A stretch of 64,000 nt of DNA from an uncultured delta proteobacterium (GCA_963789395.1 CAWBKP010000005.1:99707-163706), one strand, 5' to 3'. Positions 1-12,575 are shown, counted from the first letter of the stretch. A program made the numbers and translations. The notes: generated from the letters alone by a model not told the origin.

Positions 1-1203
1 CATTATGATGCCTACCGCGGCACCATCGTCCATTTCCGGGTATTTCAGGGAACCATCCGCACCGGGGACACCATCATGTTCATGTTCAACAATGCCCGTT
101 ACAAGGTTGAAGAAGTCGGCATATTCCAGATCAAGCGGGTCCCGCAGCCTCAGCTGACCGCAGGCCAGGTCGGATATCTGATTGCCGGCATCAAAACGGT
201 CAGCGACACCCGCTGCGGCGACACCATTACCCATGCCAATGCCCCCTGCGACAGCGCCAAGCCCGGGTTCAAGCTGGCAAAACCCGTTGTGTTCTCTTCG
301 CTGTATCCGATTGCCGCCGATAATTATGCGGAATTGGCTGAAGGGCTGGAAAAACTTCAGTTGAATGACGCATCCCTTGTGTATGAGAAAGATTCCTCCG
401 CAGCCCTTGGCTTTGGTTTCCGGTGCGGGTTTCTCGGGCTTTTGCATCTTGAAGTGGTTCAGGAAAGGCTGGAGCGCGAATTTGACCTGTCTCTGATTCT
501 GACCGCACCGTCCGTCCAATACCAGCTCGTCATGAAGGACGGCTCCACCCAGATCATCGACAATCCGGCGCTTTATCCGGATCCCATGTCCATCCAAACC
601 ACCCGGGAGCCCTTCATTCGCGCCACCATCATAATTCCCGACAGGTACATGGGTGCTGTCATGAAGCTTTGCCTGGATCGCAGAGGGATAAACACCAATT
701 ACCAGTATCTGACCAATAACCGGCTGGAGATGTTCTTTGAGCTTCCCCTGTCTGAAGTTGTTTATGATTTTTACGACCGGCTTAAATCCATCACGCAGGG
801 ATATGGATCATTCGACTACGAACTGATCGATTTCAGGGAAACCCAGCTGGTCAAGATGGACATTTTGATAAACGGCGAACGGGTGGATGCGCTTTCCCAG
901 CTTGTTCACAAGGATCGGTCCGTTGAACGGGCAAGAACGGCCTGCGAAAAGCTCCAGGAGGAGATCCCCAAACAAATGTACAAGATCGCCATCCAGGGAG
1001 CCATCGGCGGGACCATCATCGCGCGGACAACGGTATCTGCTTTTCGAAAGGATGTTACGGCCAAATGTTATGGCGGCGATATTTCCCGTAAGCGAAAGCT
1101 TCTTGAAAAGCAGAAAGCAGGAAAAAAACGCATGAAGATGGTCGGGAAAGTCATGATCCCCCAATCGGCGTTTCTGGCGGTATTAAAGACGGATACGGAT
1201 TAG
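1..1203 (+). CDS. lepA: Translation elongation factor 4 (LepA), 5'-truncated by window edge
   Basis: Frame open from base 1; motifs GFRCGFLGLLH and RKDVTAKCYGGDISRKRKLLEKQKAGKKRMK. Confidence 0.98.
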   Translation, partial: HYDAYRGTIVHFRVFQGTIRTGDTIMFMFNNARYKVEEVGIFQIKRVPQPQLTAGQVGYLIAGIKTVSDTRCGDTITHANAPCDSAKPGFKLAKPVVFSSLYPIAADNYAELAEGLEKLQLNDASLVYEKDSSAALGFGFRCGFLGLLHLEVVQERLEREFDLSLILTAPSVQYQLVMKDGSTQIIDNPALYPDPMSIQTTREPFIRATIIIPDRYMGAVMKLCLDRRGINTNYQYLTNNRLEMFFELPLSEVVYDFYDRLKSITQGYGSFDYELIDFRETQLVKMDILINGERVDALSQLVHKDRSVERARTACEKLQEEIPKQMYKIAIQGAIGGTIIARTTVSAFRKDVTAKCYGGDISRKRKLLEKQKAGKKRMKMVGKVMIPQSAFLAVLKTDTD

Positions 1204-1247
1204 AGGCCCTGGCCGCTTTCACAGATATTTTACTGGAGAAAAACCAA

Positions 1248-2550
1248 ATGGGAAGAACTGTTGCCGAGAAAATATTTGATGCTCACCGGGTGGACAACCC
1301 CTTTGGCGATATTCACGTCATTCGACTGGATGCTGTTTTCTGCCATGAAATTACCACCCCCATTGCGATCAATGATCTGATCTCCCGCGGAAAAGACCGG
1401 GTGTTTAACCCGTCAAAGATCAAAGTCGTCATCGATCATGTCTCGCCTGCCAAAGATTCCAAGACCGCGCTTCAGGGCAAGATTCTTCGCGACTGGGCCC
1501 ACCGGCATCGCATCCTTGATTTTTTTGATATCGGCAGAAACGGCGTCTGTCATGCGCTTTTCCCGGAAAAAGGCTTTGTCCGGCCGGGGTATACCATCAT
1601 CATGGGGGATTCTCACACCTGTACCCATGGGGCTTTTGGCGCCTTTGCCGCAGGCGTGGGAACAACCGATCTGGAAGTCGGCATCTTGAAAGGGGTGTGC
1701 GCCTTTCACTATCCCCAGTCCATAAAAATCGTCATCACCGGCAACCTGCCTGAAGGCGTTTATGCCAAAGATGTGATTCTATCGATTATCGGCCGCATCG
1801 GGGTGAATGGCGCTACCAATAAAATCATTGAATTTACCGGGCCTGTCGTCGACGCCATGAGCATGGAAGGCCGGATGACGATCTGCAATATGGCTGTTGA
1901 AGCCGGAGCCACCTGCGGAATCTGCTACCCTGACAGGACGACCGTTGCTTATCTTATGGGAATTTATCCAAAATGATTACGGCAGTCCGGATGAGGCCCT
2001 GGATGATTTTTCAAAAATTCTTCCGGATGAAGATGCCGACTATGAAGAAATCCTGGAGCATGACGTGTCGGAATTGGAGCCTCAGGTCACTTTCGGATAC
2101 AAACCCGATCAGGTTACCGCTGCCCGAAAACTGAATGGAACGCCCGTGGATCAGGTATATATCGGCTCCTGCACAAACGGCAGAATGGAAGATCTGCGAA
2201 TTGCCGCTCAGGTGCTGAAGGGCAAACGAATCAAGGATACGGTCCGGGGCATCGTATCTCCTGCCACGCCCAAAATTTTTCGCCAGGCCCTTGAGGAAGG
2301 CATCCTCCAGATTTTTCTGGATGCCGGGTTCTGCGTCACCAATCCCACATGCGGGGCCTGCCTGGGAATGAGCAATGGGGTCCTTGCAGAAGGCGAGGTC
2401 TGCGCCTCCACCACGAACCGCAACTTTAACGGGAGAATGGGAAAAGGCGGCATGGTGCATCTGATGAGCCCGGCAACCGCGGCAGCCTCTGCACTGGCCG
2501 GGCATATCACCCCGTGGGTCCCACCCCTGATTGTTGATTTTTTTACCAAA
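1248..2550 (+). CDS. leuC: 3-isopropylmalate dehydratase large subunit (frameshift near 1960; 3' end approximate)
   Basis: DSHTCTHGA, IGSCTNGR, CGACLG and STTNRNF motifs spread over ORFs 1248..1976 and 1897..3102. Confidence 0.9.
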
Positions 2551-2577
2551 AGCCAGCAAAATCAAGCGAGACAATTT

Positions 2578-3102
2578 ATGAAACAATTCAGCGGACCGGT
2601 TCTTTTTCTGGATCGTTCAGACATCAATACGGATGAAATCATTCCTGCCAGATATTTAACTGAAAACACCAGAGAAGCGCTTCAGCCGTTTCTTCTCGAG
2701 GATATCGCCCTGGAGGGTTTCAACCCCGGAACCGACCTTCACGCCAAATCGGTGATTATCACCCGCGCCAATTTCGGCTGCGGTTCTTCACGGGAACATG
2801 CACCCTGGGCGCTTGAAACAAACGGCATCCACTTGGTGATTGCGGAAAGCTTTGCCAGAATTTTCAAACAGAACATGTTTAACTGCGGCATGATGGCCAT
2901 TGAGCTTTCAGCCGAGACCCTGGATGAGATATTTTCCACTTACGCAGGAACAGAGACGCAGTTAATCACGCAACTCGACAATAACCGTTTTATCATAAAA
3001 AATCAAAATCACACCCATACCCTTTCATTTTCCCTGTCCGGGTTCAACCTGGCACTGGTCATGGCCGGCGGATGGGTGGAGTATGCGGATCTGCATTATT
3101 GA
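2578..3102 (+). CDS. leuD: 3-isopropylmalate dehydratase small subunit
   Basis: ATG at 2578; DINTDEIIPA, NFGCGSSREHA, AESFARIF. Confidence 0.92.
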   Translation: MKQFSGPVLFLDRSDINTDEIIPARYLTENTREALQPFLLEDIALEGFNPGTDLHAKSVIITRANFGCGSSREHAPWALETNGIHLVIAESFARIFKQNMFNCGMMAIELSAETLDEIFSTYAGTETQLITQLDNNRFIIKNQNHTHTLSFSLSGFNLALVMAGGWVEYADLHY

Positions 3103-3274
3103 CGGGGCCTGCTCCTGTCATTTTTTCCAGGCATCGAACGTATGCATTCCCGCAAAAAATTAATTTCATTGCTTGACTCCCCTGGATAATTGATATATGG
3201 ACTTTGCCCGATAGATAAAAAGATCTGGTGGAAATTTTTTCACCGTAATTCCCTGATGAAAGGAGGCTTGTTAA

Positions 3275-3463
3275 ATGGCTTTTAACCCCGTTGTTGATGA
3301 AGACAAATGTGAAGGCTGCGAAGAATGCGTGGATGTTTGCCCTGTTGAAGTATTTGAAATGGTTGATGGAAAATCATCCCCGGTTAATGCAGAAGAATGT
3401 CTTGGCTGTGAAAGCTGCGTTGAGGTTTGTGAACCCGGCGCAATCACCGTCGAAGAAACCTGA
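3275..3463 (+). CDS. 2[4Fe-4S] ferredoxin
   Basis: Two CxxCxxCxxxC motifs in 62 acidic aa; AGGAGG RBS upstream. Confidence 0.97.
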   Translation: MAFNPVVDEDKCEGCEECVDVCPVEVFEMVDGKSSPVNAEECLGCESCVEVCEPGAITVEET

Positions 3464-3486
3464 TCAGACATCCGGTTCCCTGGACC

Positions 3487-4021
3487 TGAATCAAGAGCCA
3501 GGGAACTTCAAGCTGTCATACCAGCTTATTCCCACCGCCTGGGGTAATGCGGCGGTTGTATATCAGAACCCGCCCTGTTTTATTCAAGAAATAGTTTTAC
3601 CTTCCCCTGATACCGTCATCCGCATCCAGTATCTCTTGACTGAACCCGACGTCTCTTCTGCTGCCCGCCTCCGGTAACTACCCTGGTCCGGTGGATAGCC
3701 GATTATTTTAAGGGAAAACCGGTCTGAAATCCATCACCGATGTGGGAATGGCTCGACTTTGGATCCGCAACCGTGCTTCAGAAAGCGGTTTACCATGCCA
3801 CATTTCAAATACCCTATGGGCAGACCCGGTCTTACCGCCAGATTGCCGAAACAGCCGGCAGGCCCGGCGCCAGCCGGTTTGTTGGAAATACCATGGCAAA
3901 AAATCCGTTTCCGGTACTGATTCCCTGCCACAGAGTCATCCGCAGCAACGGCAGTCTGGGACAGTTCGGCGGAGGCGTGGATCTGAAACGGAAAATGCTT
4001 GAAATCGAGGCGGCAGTATGA
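3487..4021 (+). CDS. ogt: Methylated-DNA--protein-cysteine methyltransferase (N-terminus frameshifted; start approximate)
   Basis: IPYGQTRSY and IPCHRV active-site motif. Confidence 0.9.
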
Positions 4022-4041
4022 GGCAGAGAGCATCCGCATAC

Positions 4042-5050
4042 TTATGGATGTTGACGCGATAGCACTTTTGAATAGACATCATCGGTCAAGCTGCAGACAT
4101 GGCCGGCCCAAAGATAATGATAACCGGTCGCTGCAATCATGGCGGCATTATCTCCGCAGAATGCCAGGAGACGGAATAAAAACCGAAAGCCCTTTTTCTG
4201 CGGCGGACGCATTGACCTTTTCCCTTAACCGGGAATTGGCCGCCACACCTCCCACAACCGCTATCCGGCTGCACTGTCTGGACAGGGCGGCCTGAGTCAG
4301 TTTAAACGTCAGCACATCCGCCACTGCCTCCTGAAACCCTGCCACGATATCCGGAATGTTTTCCTTGATAATCATGGGTCTCAATATACCGCCGGACCGC
4401 TGATTTCAGGCCGCTGAAACTGAAATCCGAATCCGCTTTATCCAGATAGGGCCTGGGAAATTGGATTCGAAACGGATCACCTTTTCGGGAAATTTCCTCG
4501 ATCGCCGCGCCCCCCGGATATCCCAGACCCAGCATTTTCGCCACCTTGTCAAAGGCCTCTCCGGCGGCATCATCACGGGTCTGGCCCATCAGTTCGCAAG
4601 CGGTATGGGACGCAACATGGTAAATTCCGGTATGGCCTCCGGAAACCAGCAAGGCAACAAATGGAAACTCGGGAGAATCCGCCTCCAGAAACACGGAATG
4701 AATATGCCCTTCAAGATGGTTCACCCCCACACAGGGAATGTTCAGCGCATAGGCATAGGCTTTGGCAAACGAAAACCCGACCAGCAGCGCGCCGATCAGA
4801 CCTGGCCCCTGAGTCACAGCCACGGCATCAATCTGGTTTGCAGAAATCCCCGAGCGCTCAATCGCTTCGGAAACCACCTGCGAAATGGCTTCCAGGTGTT
4901 TGCGGGAAGCCAGCTCCGGAACAACGCCGCCATAAGGATGATGAACTGCCGTCTGTGAAGCCACCACCGACGAACGGACGATATTCCCCCCGCTGACCAC
5001 GGCAGCCGCTGTTTCATCACAGGATGTTTCAATGCCCAATATGATTCATG
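4042..5050 (-). CDS. tsaD: tRNA threonylcarbamoyladenosine biosynthesis protein TsaD (several indels)
   Basis: GIETSCDET, GGVVPELASRKH, NHLEGH, DDAAGEAFDK, GGVAAN, and CGDNAAMIA read across frames. Confidence 0.96.
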
Positions 5051-6878
5051 ACTCTTCAAGATCAACGGTTTCAATGTGAATGGAAAACTGCTTCAGGCCA
5101 AGATGATGCTGCGTGCAGAATGCACGGATGGCTTTCAGCCGATCCGGATCATTCTCCCTGAAGGAAATGAGCAGGCTGGTGACCGCTTTTTGCTGAACCA
5201 GCGACCTTCAGATTGTCAAATGTGCCCAGAACTGAATATCCCTGAAGTTTTTTTCCGGTCTTTAGCGGATCATCATCAATAAAACCGACGGGTTTAATCT
5301 TCAGTTGTTTATTGTTGAGGATTTCCCGCAGCAGGATTTCCCCTCCCCTTCCCGCCCCATAGATCAGAATCTGTTCACCGGAAAGCGCCTTTCGTTTCAT
5401 GGCATCCCCGGTCAGCCTGAAAAACCCGCGGGTCCCCAGGATGGCTCCGGTGGTGATAAACCAGTCCACGATAAAAATGCCTTTTGAAAAATCTTCAAAC
5501 CGATACACAAAGGTCACTGCCGTAATCGAAAGAAAAGAGGCAAGGGTGGAAGCCTTCAGATAAACCGCAACGTCATTGGAGCTCAGATATCCCCAGAGGC
5601 TTCGGTACACCCCGCATCAAAAAAAACGCCGTGAGTTTGCAGGCAATCACCGCCGGAAGAGACTTCAAAAATACCTTGAAATAATAGGGAAACTGGAATG
5701 AATCAAATCGAAGCCGGTAGGAAAGATAATAGGAAAAGGCAATGAGACAAAAATCGAGAACAACCAGAACAATCTGTTTTTTATAGGTCAGCTCAACAAG
5801 AATCGGGGTAAATGTTCGGCCGCGAAGCACGGAAAACTCTTTTTCCGGATATACGCGAAGCTGGGACAGATAAATTCCCATGAGAAGAATCGACAGCATC
5901 ACCGGAATAATGACAGAAGGCGACGTGAAGGTATCGCTTCTGCTGACAAAAATGGCCGCGATTCCGGATACCAGCCCGACCCCGTATAAAAACAGCACGG
6001 CTTTTTTTTCACTGAACCCCATCAGCACCAGGCGATGGGACGTATGATCCTTGCCGCCGGTTGAAGCCTTTCTCCCGCTGAGAAGCCTCACCAGCGTCAC
6101 CATCGTGGTATCGAGTATGGGAACCATGGCAATCATCACCGGAACCGCAATGGGAGCCATGGAATTGCCGGCGCTCATTCCGGACAGGCCCAGGCTGAGC
6201 AGCGAAATGCCGAATCCGATCATCAGGGAGCCGCAGTCGCCCATGAAAATGGATGCCGGGTTGAAATTATAAACCAGAAACGCAGCGGAGGCGCCCGCCA
6301 GAATGGCGGCGCATTGAGCATATTCAGGGCTGATTCCCGATAAAATGACCGCCAGAAATACGGCGGCAATCATGCCGGTCCCTGCGCAAAGACCATCCAT
6401 GTTATCCAGCAGGTTAAAGGCATTGGTGATGCCCACGATCCAGAAAATGGTCATCAGGGTGTCCAGTGTCAGCGAAGTCACCCACTGAAGCCTGAAGCCC
6501 AGAAACGCGATCAGGGATGCGACCAGAATCTGACCCAGCAACTTGCTCTGGGGTTTTAACCGGATCACATCATCCACGAATCCCAGTAAAAACATCAACG
6601 TGATGCCAATGCACAAGACCGGTGCAAAAGAAGAAAGAGCAGCTGTTTTCGGCGGATCTGCCAGGAGAAGAAGTGCGGCGCTGAAATCCGAAATAACAAA
6701 CAGGGGAATGGCGACTGCCAGATAAATGGCAATCCCTCCGAACAGCGCCGTTGGTTTATTATGCCACCGGTCTTCAGCAGGGACGCGCCATCCAGCCCTT
6801 TTTCAGGGCAATTTGCCGGACAAGCGGCGTCAGAATCAGGCAAATGGCAAAGGATATTCCAGGAAGCAGAAGGGTCAT
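5047..6878 (-). CDS. WecA/MraY-family (GT4) phospho-sugar transferase fused to a PglF/CapD-like membrane and Rossmann region (frameshifted)
   Basis: NAFNLLDNMDGL, FMGDCGS and DHTSHRL motifs; C-terminal LIYGAGRGG...GFIDDD. Confidence 0.85.
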
Positions 6879-7067
6879 AAAAAGCCGTCAATGGCGATAG
6901 TGAAGAATCAAGCGGTTTAATTTCCGGTGATCCGAATGGCTCCTACCGGCCGCAGATTTTGGCTAAGTTTTGGGATCCACTGTTTCACCTTTCGGTCAGC
7001 CATCGAATTGCAGGCATCTGCATGCTGAAAAAAGGAAATTGCGGTTGTCAGAACTGGTTTTTCAGGC

Positions 7068-8111
7068 TCATATCCAGGCAATTCTTTCCTCTGAGTCTTT
7101 TCTCTCAACGACTTCACCCATCAAAAACGCCTGCACCTCCGCACCGTTTAATCGCTCCAGCACATCCTGAGCGGCCTGCTCCGGAACAACCGCAATCATT
7201 CCGATGCCGTTATTGAAGGTGCGCATCATTTCCGCATCCGAGACATTTCCTGCATCCTGAAGAAAATTAAAGACCGGAGGGATCGACCAACTGCCTTTTT
7301 TGATCAGCACTTTGCAGGACCGGGGAAGGATTCTGACGACATTTTCAGAAATACCGCCGCCCGTAATGTGGGCAAGGCCGTGAATGGGAAGATCCCGAAT
7401 CAGCATCAGAATGGTTTCCGAATATATCCGGGTAGGCGTCAGCAGCTCTTCGCCAAGGGTTTTCCCCAGGTCCGGAACATAGGCATCAATCGACAGCTTT
7501 AATACATCAAAGCAGATTTTTCGAACCAGGGAATAGCCGTTGCTGTGAAGCCCGCTGGATGAAATGCCGATGAGTTTGTGGCCCACCCGGATTTCAGAGC
7601 CGTCGATAATCTTGCTGTTGTCCACAAGCCCGACTGCAAAACCGGCCAGGTCGTACTCATTGTCCTGATAGATTCCGGGCATTTCCGCGGTTTCTCCGCC
7701 GATCAGCGCACAATTGGCCTGCCGGCATCCTTCACCAATCCCCTTGATGATATCGGCGGCCACTTCCGTTCTCAGGCAGCCCACGGCCAGATAATCCAGA
7801 AAAAAAAGCGGTTTTGCACCCTGAACCACCACATCATTGACACTCATGGCCACCAGATCAATGCCGATTGTATCATGCTTATCCGTCATGAAAGCGATCT
7901 TGAGCTTGGTGCCCACCCCATCTGTTGAGCTGACCAGAACCGGTCTTTCAATATTGGTCAGGTTGAGCGAAAACAAACCGCCAAATCCACCGATTTCCCC
8001 CATCACGCCGGTTCTGGGGGTGTGGCTGGCAATGGATTTGATCGTGCGTATCAAATCGTTTGCTCTATCAATATCTACGCCTGCATCCGCATAGGTTAGA
8101 GACTTGGCCAT
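7068..8111 (-). CDS. purM: Phosphoribosylformylglycinamidine cyclo-ligase
   Basis: YADAGVDI, TDGVGTK, GGETAEMPG, GLHSNGYSLVRK, HITGGG. Confidence 0.98.
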   Translation of the reverse strand: MAKSLTYADAGVDIDRANDLIRTIKSIASHTPRTGVMGEIGGFGGLFSLNLTNIERPVLVSSTDGVGTKLKIAFMTDKHDTIGIDLVAMSVNDVVVQGAKPLFFLDYLAVGCLRTEVAADIIKGIGEGCRQANCALIGGETAEMPGIYQDNEYDLAGFAVGLVDNSKIIDGSEIRVGHKLIGISSSGLHSNGYSLVRKICFDVLKLSIDAYVPDLGKTLGEELLTPTRIYSETILMLIRDLPIHGLAHITGGGISENVVRILPRSCKVLIKKGSWSIPPVFNFLQDAGNVSDAEMMRTFNNGIGMIAVVPEQAAQDVLERLNGAEVQAFLMGEVVERKDSEERIAWI

Positions 8112-8180
8112 GAGTATCTCCTTGATAATGGACGAAAAACTTGAAATTATTCAGAATATCTAAACAGTTTTGGCTAAAAA

Positions 8181-8198
8181 GTCAAAACATTTTTTGAC
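8181..8198. promoter_or_regulatory. Inverted repeat GTCAAAA-N4-TTTTGAC, giving back-to-back -35-like hexamers between divergent purM and alaC
   Basis: TTGACA on + and TTGACT on - strand in the divergent intergenic region. Confidence 0.4.
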
Positions 8199-8331
8199 AT
8201 GCAGCAGCGTTGTATTGTATGGAACAGCATGGATTTTCCAACAAGAAGAGTGGATTAAGCATTGGACAAGGGCAGTAGTACTTCTAATTCAAATCATGAC
8301 GGATTGCATACCGTTGCGTTAGAGGTGTATC

Positions 8332-9499
8332 GTGACAAAATTTGCCAGACTGGACCGACTGCCGCCTTATGTCTTTGCTACTGTCAACAAGATCAAGATG
8401 GAAGCCAGACATGCGGGAAAAGACATCATTGATCTGGGAATGGGCAACCCGGATCTGGGAACGCCCCGCCATATCGTCGACAAATTGATTGAAGCGGCGC
8501 AAAAACCCCACAACCATCGCTATTCCGCTTCGATGGGAATCACCCGGCTGCGGCTGGCCATATCCGAGTGGTACAAAAGGCGCTTTGATGTGGATATTGA
8601 TCCGGATTCAGAAGCGATCGTGACCATCGGCATCAAGGAAGGACTCTCCCACCTGGTGCTGGTCACCATTCGGCCGGGCGATGTGGTCTTTACCCCCAAC
8701 CCCACCTATCCGATTCACCCCTATTCCGCCATCATTGCCGGCGGTGATGTCCGGGGAATTCCCGTGGGCCCGGACTGTGATTTTTTCGAGAACCTGATAG
8801 CCGCCACCAAACAGACCTGGCCCCGGCCAAAGGTGCTCATCATTTCCTATCCCCACAACCCGACCACGGAAGTCGTTGATCTGGATTTTTTCCAGAAAAT
8901 CGTGGACTACGCCAAAGAGCATGACATGCTGGTCATCCATGATTTTGCCTATGCGGATCTGACTTTTGACGGCTACAAGGCGCCAAGTTTTCTTCAGGCC
9001 AAAGGCGCAAAAGATGTGGGCGTGGAATTTTTTTCCCTGTCCAAAAGCTACAGCATGGCGGGTTGGCGCATGGGATTCTGCGTGGGAAACGCCGAAACCG
9101 TCGGCGCTTTAAAGCGCATCAAAAGCTATCTCGATTATGGGGTTTTTCAACCCATTCAGATCGCCTCCATCATCGCCCTGAACGGCCCCCAGGAATGCGT
9201 TCAGGAAATGCGGGACACATATATGGAAAGAAGGGATGCGCTGATTTCCGGCCTTCAACCGGATTGGTTGGGAAATTAAAAGCCCCAAAGGGACCATGTT
9301 CGTATGGGCTAAAATTCCCGACAGATTCGTCAAAATGGGATCCGTGGAATTTGCGAAATTTTTGATCAATGAAACCCAGGTGGCGGTATCTCCCGGCCTG
9401 GGCTTTGGCGAATACGGCGATGAATACGTCCGGTTTGCCCTCATTGAAAATCCCATGCGGATCAATCAGGCCGTCAGGGGCATTCGAAAGGTCATGTAG
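8332..9499 (+). CDS. alaC: Class I/II PLP aminotransferase, AlaC-like (frameshift near 9265)
   Basis: [47 protein letters not shown]. Confidence 0.85.
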
Positions 9500-9500
9500 C

Positions 9501-10818
9501 ATGAAAACAATTAACATTGGACTTCTGGGTTGCGGTACGGTCGGAACCGGCGTTGCCAGAATCCTGCTCCAGAATCAAGAGATCCTCCGTTCCCGGGTGG
9601 GCGCTGTGCTCAACCTGAAACGCATCGCCGATATCGACATCGACCGCGACCGGGGAATTTTATTTGAAAAAGATGTGCTGACGACAAATGCGGATTCGAT
9701 TGTCACAGATCCGGAAATTGATATTGTCATTGAAACCATCGGCGGCCTGGGCATTGCCAAGACCTTGATATTGAAAGCCATCGCCAACGGCAAACAGGTG
9801 GTCACCGCCAACAAGGCCCTTCTGGCCAGCGAGGGGAACAGCCTTTTTCGAATTGCCGCGAGAAAAAGGGGTGGAGCTTGCCTTTGAGGCCAGCGTCGGC
9901 GGATGCATGCCGGTGATCAAAACGCTTCGGGAATCGCTTGTCGGAAACCAGATCCAGGCCATGTCCGGAATCCTGAATGGCACCTGCAATTACATTCTAT
10001 CCAAAATCACCGATGATGGCGGCACGTTTGAAACCGCCCTGGCAAAAGCTCAGAGCAAGGGATTTGCGGAAGCGGACCCAACGCTGGATGTCGAGGGCTT
10101 CGACACGGCCCACAAACTGGCGATTCTGACCTCTCTGGCCTATGGGGCCGATCTTTGCCTCGATGATATTTATGTTGAGGGCATATCCAAAATCACCCCC
10201 CTGGATATCGAATTCGCCGGACAGTTCGGCTATAAAATCAAGCTGCTGGCAATCAGCAAAAACAGAGGCAATGCCGTTGAGGCCCGGGTTCATCCGACCA
10301 TGATTCCCTTTGACAATATTCTGTCCAGCGTCAATGGTCCGCTGAATGCCATCACCATCACCGGCGATGCCGCAGGGGATATCCTGCTCTATGGCAAAGG
10401 CGCGGGCATGATGCCGACTGCCAGCGCCGTTGTCAGCGATGTGGTGGACATCGCCAGAAACCTGTTGACCGGCGCTGTCGGCAGGGTGCCGCTGCTTTCC
10501 TATCAGAAGGATCACATTCACCGGATTCCGGTGATGCCGGTCGATGAAATCATCTCCCACTATTATTTCCGGTTCGCCGCCCTTGACCAGCCCGGCGTGC
10601 TGTCTAAAATTTCGGGGATTCTGGGAAATCACGGCATCAGCCTGAAATCCGTTCACCAAAAAGGCCGCAAGTCCGGCGGTTCCGTTCCGCTGGTCATGAT
10701 GACGCACCTGGCCAAGGAATCCAATGTCCAGCTTGCCCTTTCCGAGATTGTTCAACTGGAGGTTGTCAGCGACATGCCGGCATTGATCCGCGTGGAAGAC
10801 TCCAACGGTTCCGATTAA
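9501..10818 (+). CDS. hom: Homoserine dehydrogenase with C-terminal ACT domain (frameshift near 9865)
   Basis: GLLGCGTVG, VTANK, FEASVGG, GILNGT, GFAEADPT, GKGAG. Confidence 0.96.
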
Positions 10819-10878
10819 TTCCCAAAGAGGCGCAGGATAGCTCCACGCTTGCGGCGCTTAACCCCATAGTGAGGCATT

Positions 10879-11486
10879 ATGTATATTGTGTGTTCAGACC
10901 TGGAAGGCGTTTTTATCCCCGAAATCTGGATAAATGTTGCGGAAAAGACCGGTATTTCCGAACTTCGGCTCACAACCCGCGATATCTCCGATTACGATGT
11001 TCTGATGAGAAAACGCCTTCAAATCCTTAAGGAAAACCACCTGAAGCTTTCGGATATTCAGGCGGTCATCGACACCATGAATCCGCTCGAAGGGGCGCTG
11101 GAATTCCTGGACTGGCTTCGCGTCCATCACTCAGGTGATCGTGGTATCCGATACATTCAAGGAGTTTGCCGGCCCCATGATGAAAAAACTGGGCTGGCCC
11201 ACCCTTTTTTGCCATTCCCTGACAGTTGACGCCAGCGGCATGATCACCAGCTACGATCTTCGTCAGCAGCGGGCCAAGGAAAAAACCACTCTGGCACTGA
11301 AAAGCCTGAATTATCAGATTATCGCCATGGGCGATTCCTATAACGATATCGCCATGCTGAAAGCTGCGGACAAGGGGCCTCTTGTTCAGGCCGCCTGAAA
11401 ACGTCATTCGGGAATTTCCCGAATTTCCGGTAACCCATGACTACGACAGCCTGAAGGAATTGATTCAGGCCATCATCAACGAATAG
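10879..11486 (+). CDS. thrH: Phosphoserine phosphatase/homoserine phosphotransferase (frameshifted)
   Basis: [34 protein letters not shown]. Confidence 0.92.
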
Positions 11487-11509
11487 CGTTTTTTCAAAAA
11501 TGGACCCTG

Positions 11510-11926
11510 ATGTTAACCCATCGCACGCCTTACCGCGTTATTTACGGCGATACCGACAAAATGGGATTCGGCTATCACGCCAATTATTTCCGCTGGTTTG
11601 AAACCGCGCGCGCGGAAATGTTTCGTTACATCGGCCTTCCCTACAAGGAAATTGAAGCCCGCGGTTTTTTTCTTCCCGTATCCGAACTGCACTGCAAATT
11701 TCTTTATCCGGTTCAGTATGATGATCTGCTGATAATTGAAACCGCGCTCGACAGCAGCATTCGGGGCGGTATCAAATTCGACTATACGGTCTTCGATGAA
11801 AACGGGGCCCGCCCGCTGGCCAGAGGCTATACCCGGCATGCGTTCATGGATAAAGCCGGCAAAGTGGTCCGGCCGCCGGATTTTTTCACCGAACTCATTC
11901 GCAAGCATTCCATCTTCACCGGATAG
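11510..11926 (+). CDS. Acyl-CoA thioesterase, YbgC/4HBT family
   Basis: RVIYGDTDKMG..YHANYFRWFE.AR. Confidence 0.9.
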   Translation: MLTHRTPYRVIYGDTDKMGFGYHANYFRWFETARAEMFRYIGLPYKEIEARGFFLPVSELHCKFLYPVQYDDLLIIETALDSSIRGGIKFDYTVFDENGARPLARGYTRHAFMDKAGKVVRPPDFFTELIRKHSIFTG

Positions 11927-11927
11927 G

Positions 11928-12224
11928 TTGGCATCTGAACTCAATAACCGATGTCAATTTTTTCAGGAAACGCCCCAGGGCATCGTCATCAAAATTTATG
12001 TTCAACCCCGGTCTTCCCGAAACCGGGTCATCGGTCTTCACGGAGATGCCCTCAAGATTGCGATTCAGGCCCCCCCGGTCGATGATGCCGCCAACCGCAT
12101 GTGCATCGAATTTTTATCCAAATGCCTGAACCTGCCCCGATCAGCCATCGAAATCCTCGGCGGCCACACCAGCAGAATGAAACGGATACTGCTGAGACTC
12201 GCACCCGGTCCCAAATTCTCCTGA
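11928..12224 (+). CDS. DUF167/YggU family protein (ends approximate)
   Basis: VQPRSSRN...ALKIAIQAPPVDDAAN...GHTSR. Confidence 0.85.
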   Translation: MASELNNRCQFFQETPQGIVIKIYVQPRSSRNRVIGLHGDALKIAIQAPPVDDAANRMCIEFLSKCLNLPRSAIEILGGHTSRMKRILLRLAPGPKFS

Positions 12225-12311
12225 ACAGGCTGAAAACTGCAAAAAAACGCCTGCTGTCGCTTCTCGGATCATTCCATTCCAGCGATCACGCCGCAGCCGC
12301 AAAAAAACAGC

Positions 12312-12341
12312 TTGACTTCCTGACCGCTTTCAATCTATTAT
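12312..12341 (+). promoter_or_regulatory. Sigma70-like promoter of the tRNA
   Basis: TTGACT-N18-TATTAT, 12 nt upstream of the tRNA. Confidence 0.6.
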
Positions 12342-12353
12342 GTATTCATTCGA

Positions 12354-12430
<77 letters not shown>

Positions 12431-12440
12431 ATAAATAATC

Positions 12441-12476
12441 AAGGGTTTATGGTCTCAATATCATAAACCCTTTTTT
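12441..12476 (+). terminator. Rho-independent terminator
   Basis: AAGGGTTTATG...CATAAACCCTT followed by a T run. Confidence 0.85.
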
Positions 12477-12575
12477 AATTTTTCAAGCTTCTGACAAACT
12501 GATCGCAATCAGGCATCAGCCACATCGGCTGTCAACGATCCAGATCAAAGGATATACCCTTTAAAAACATCATGA

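Noticed and set aside
1897..3102. Apparent LeuC-LeuD fusion
   Set aside because: Removing one C in CCCCTGA restores a stop after leuC; the linker is AT-rich and intergenic-like, and leuD has its own ATG
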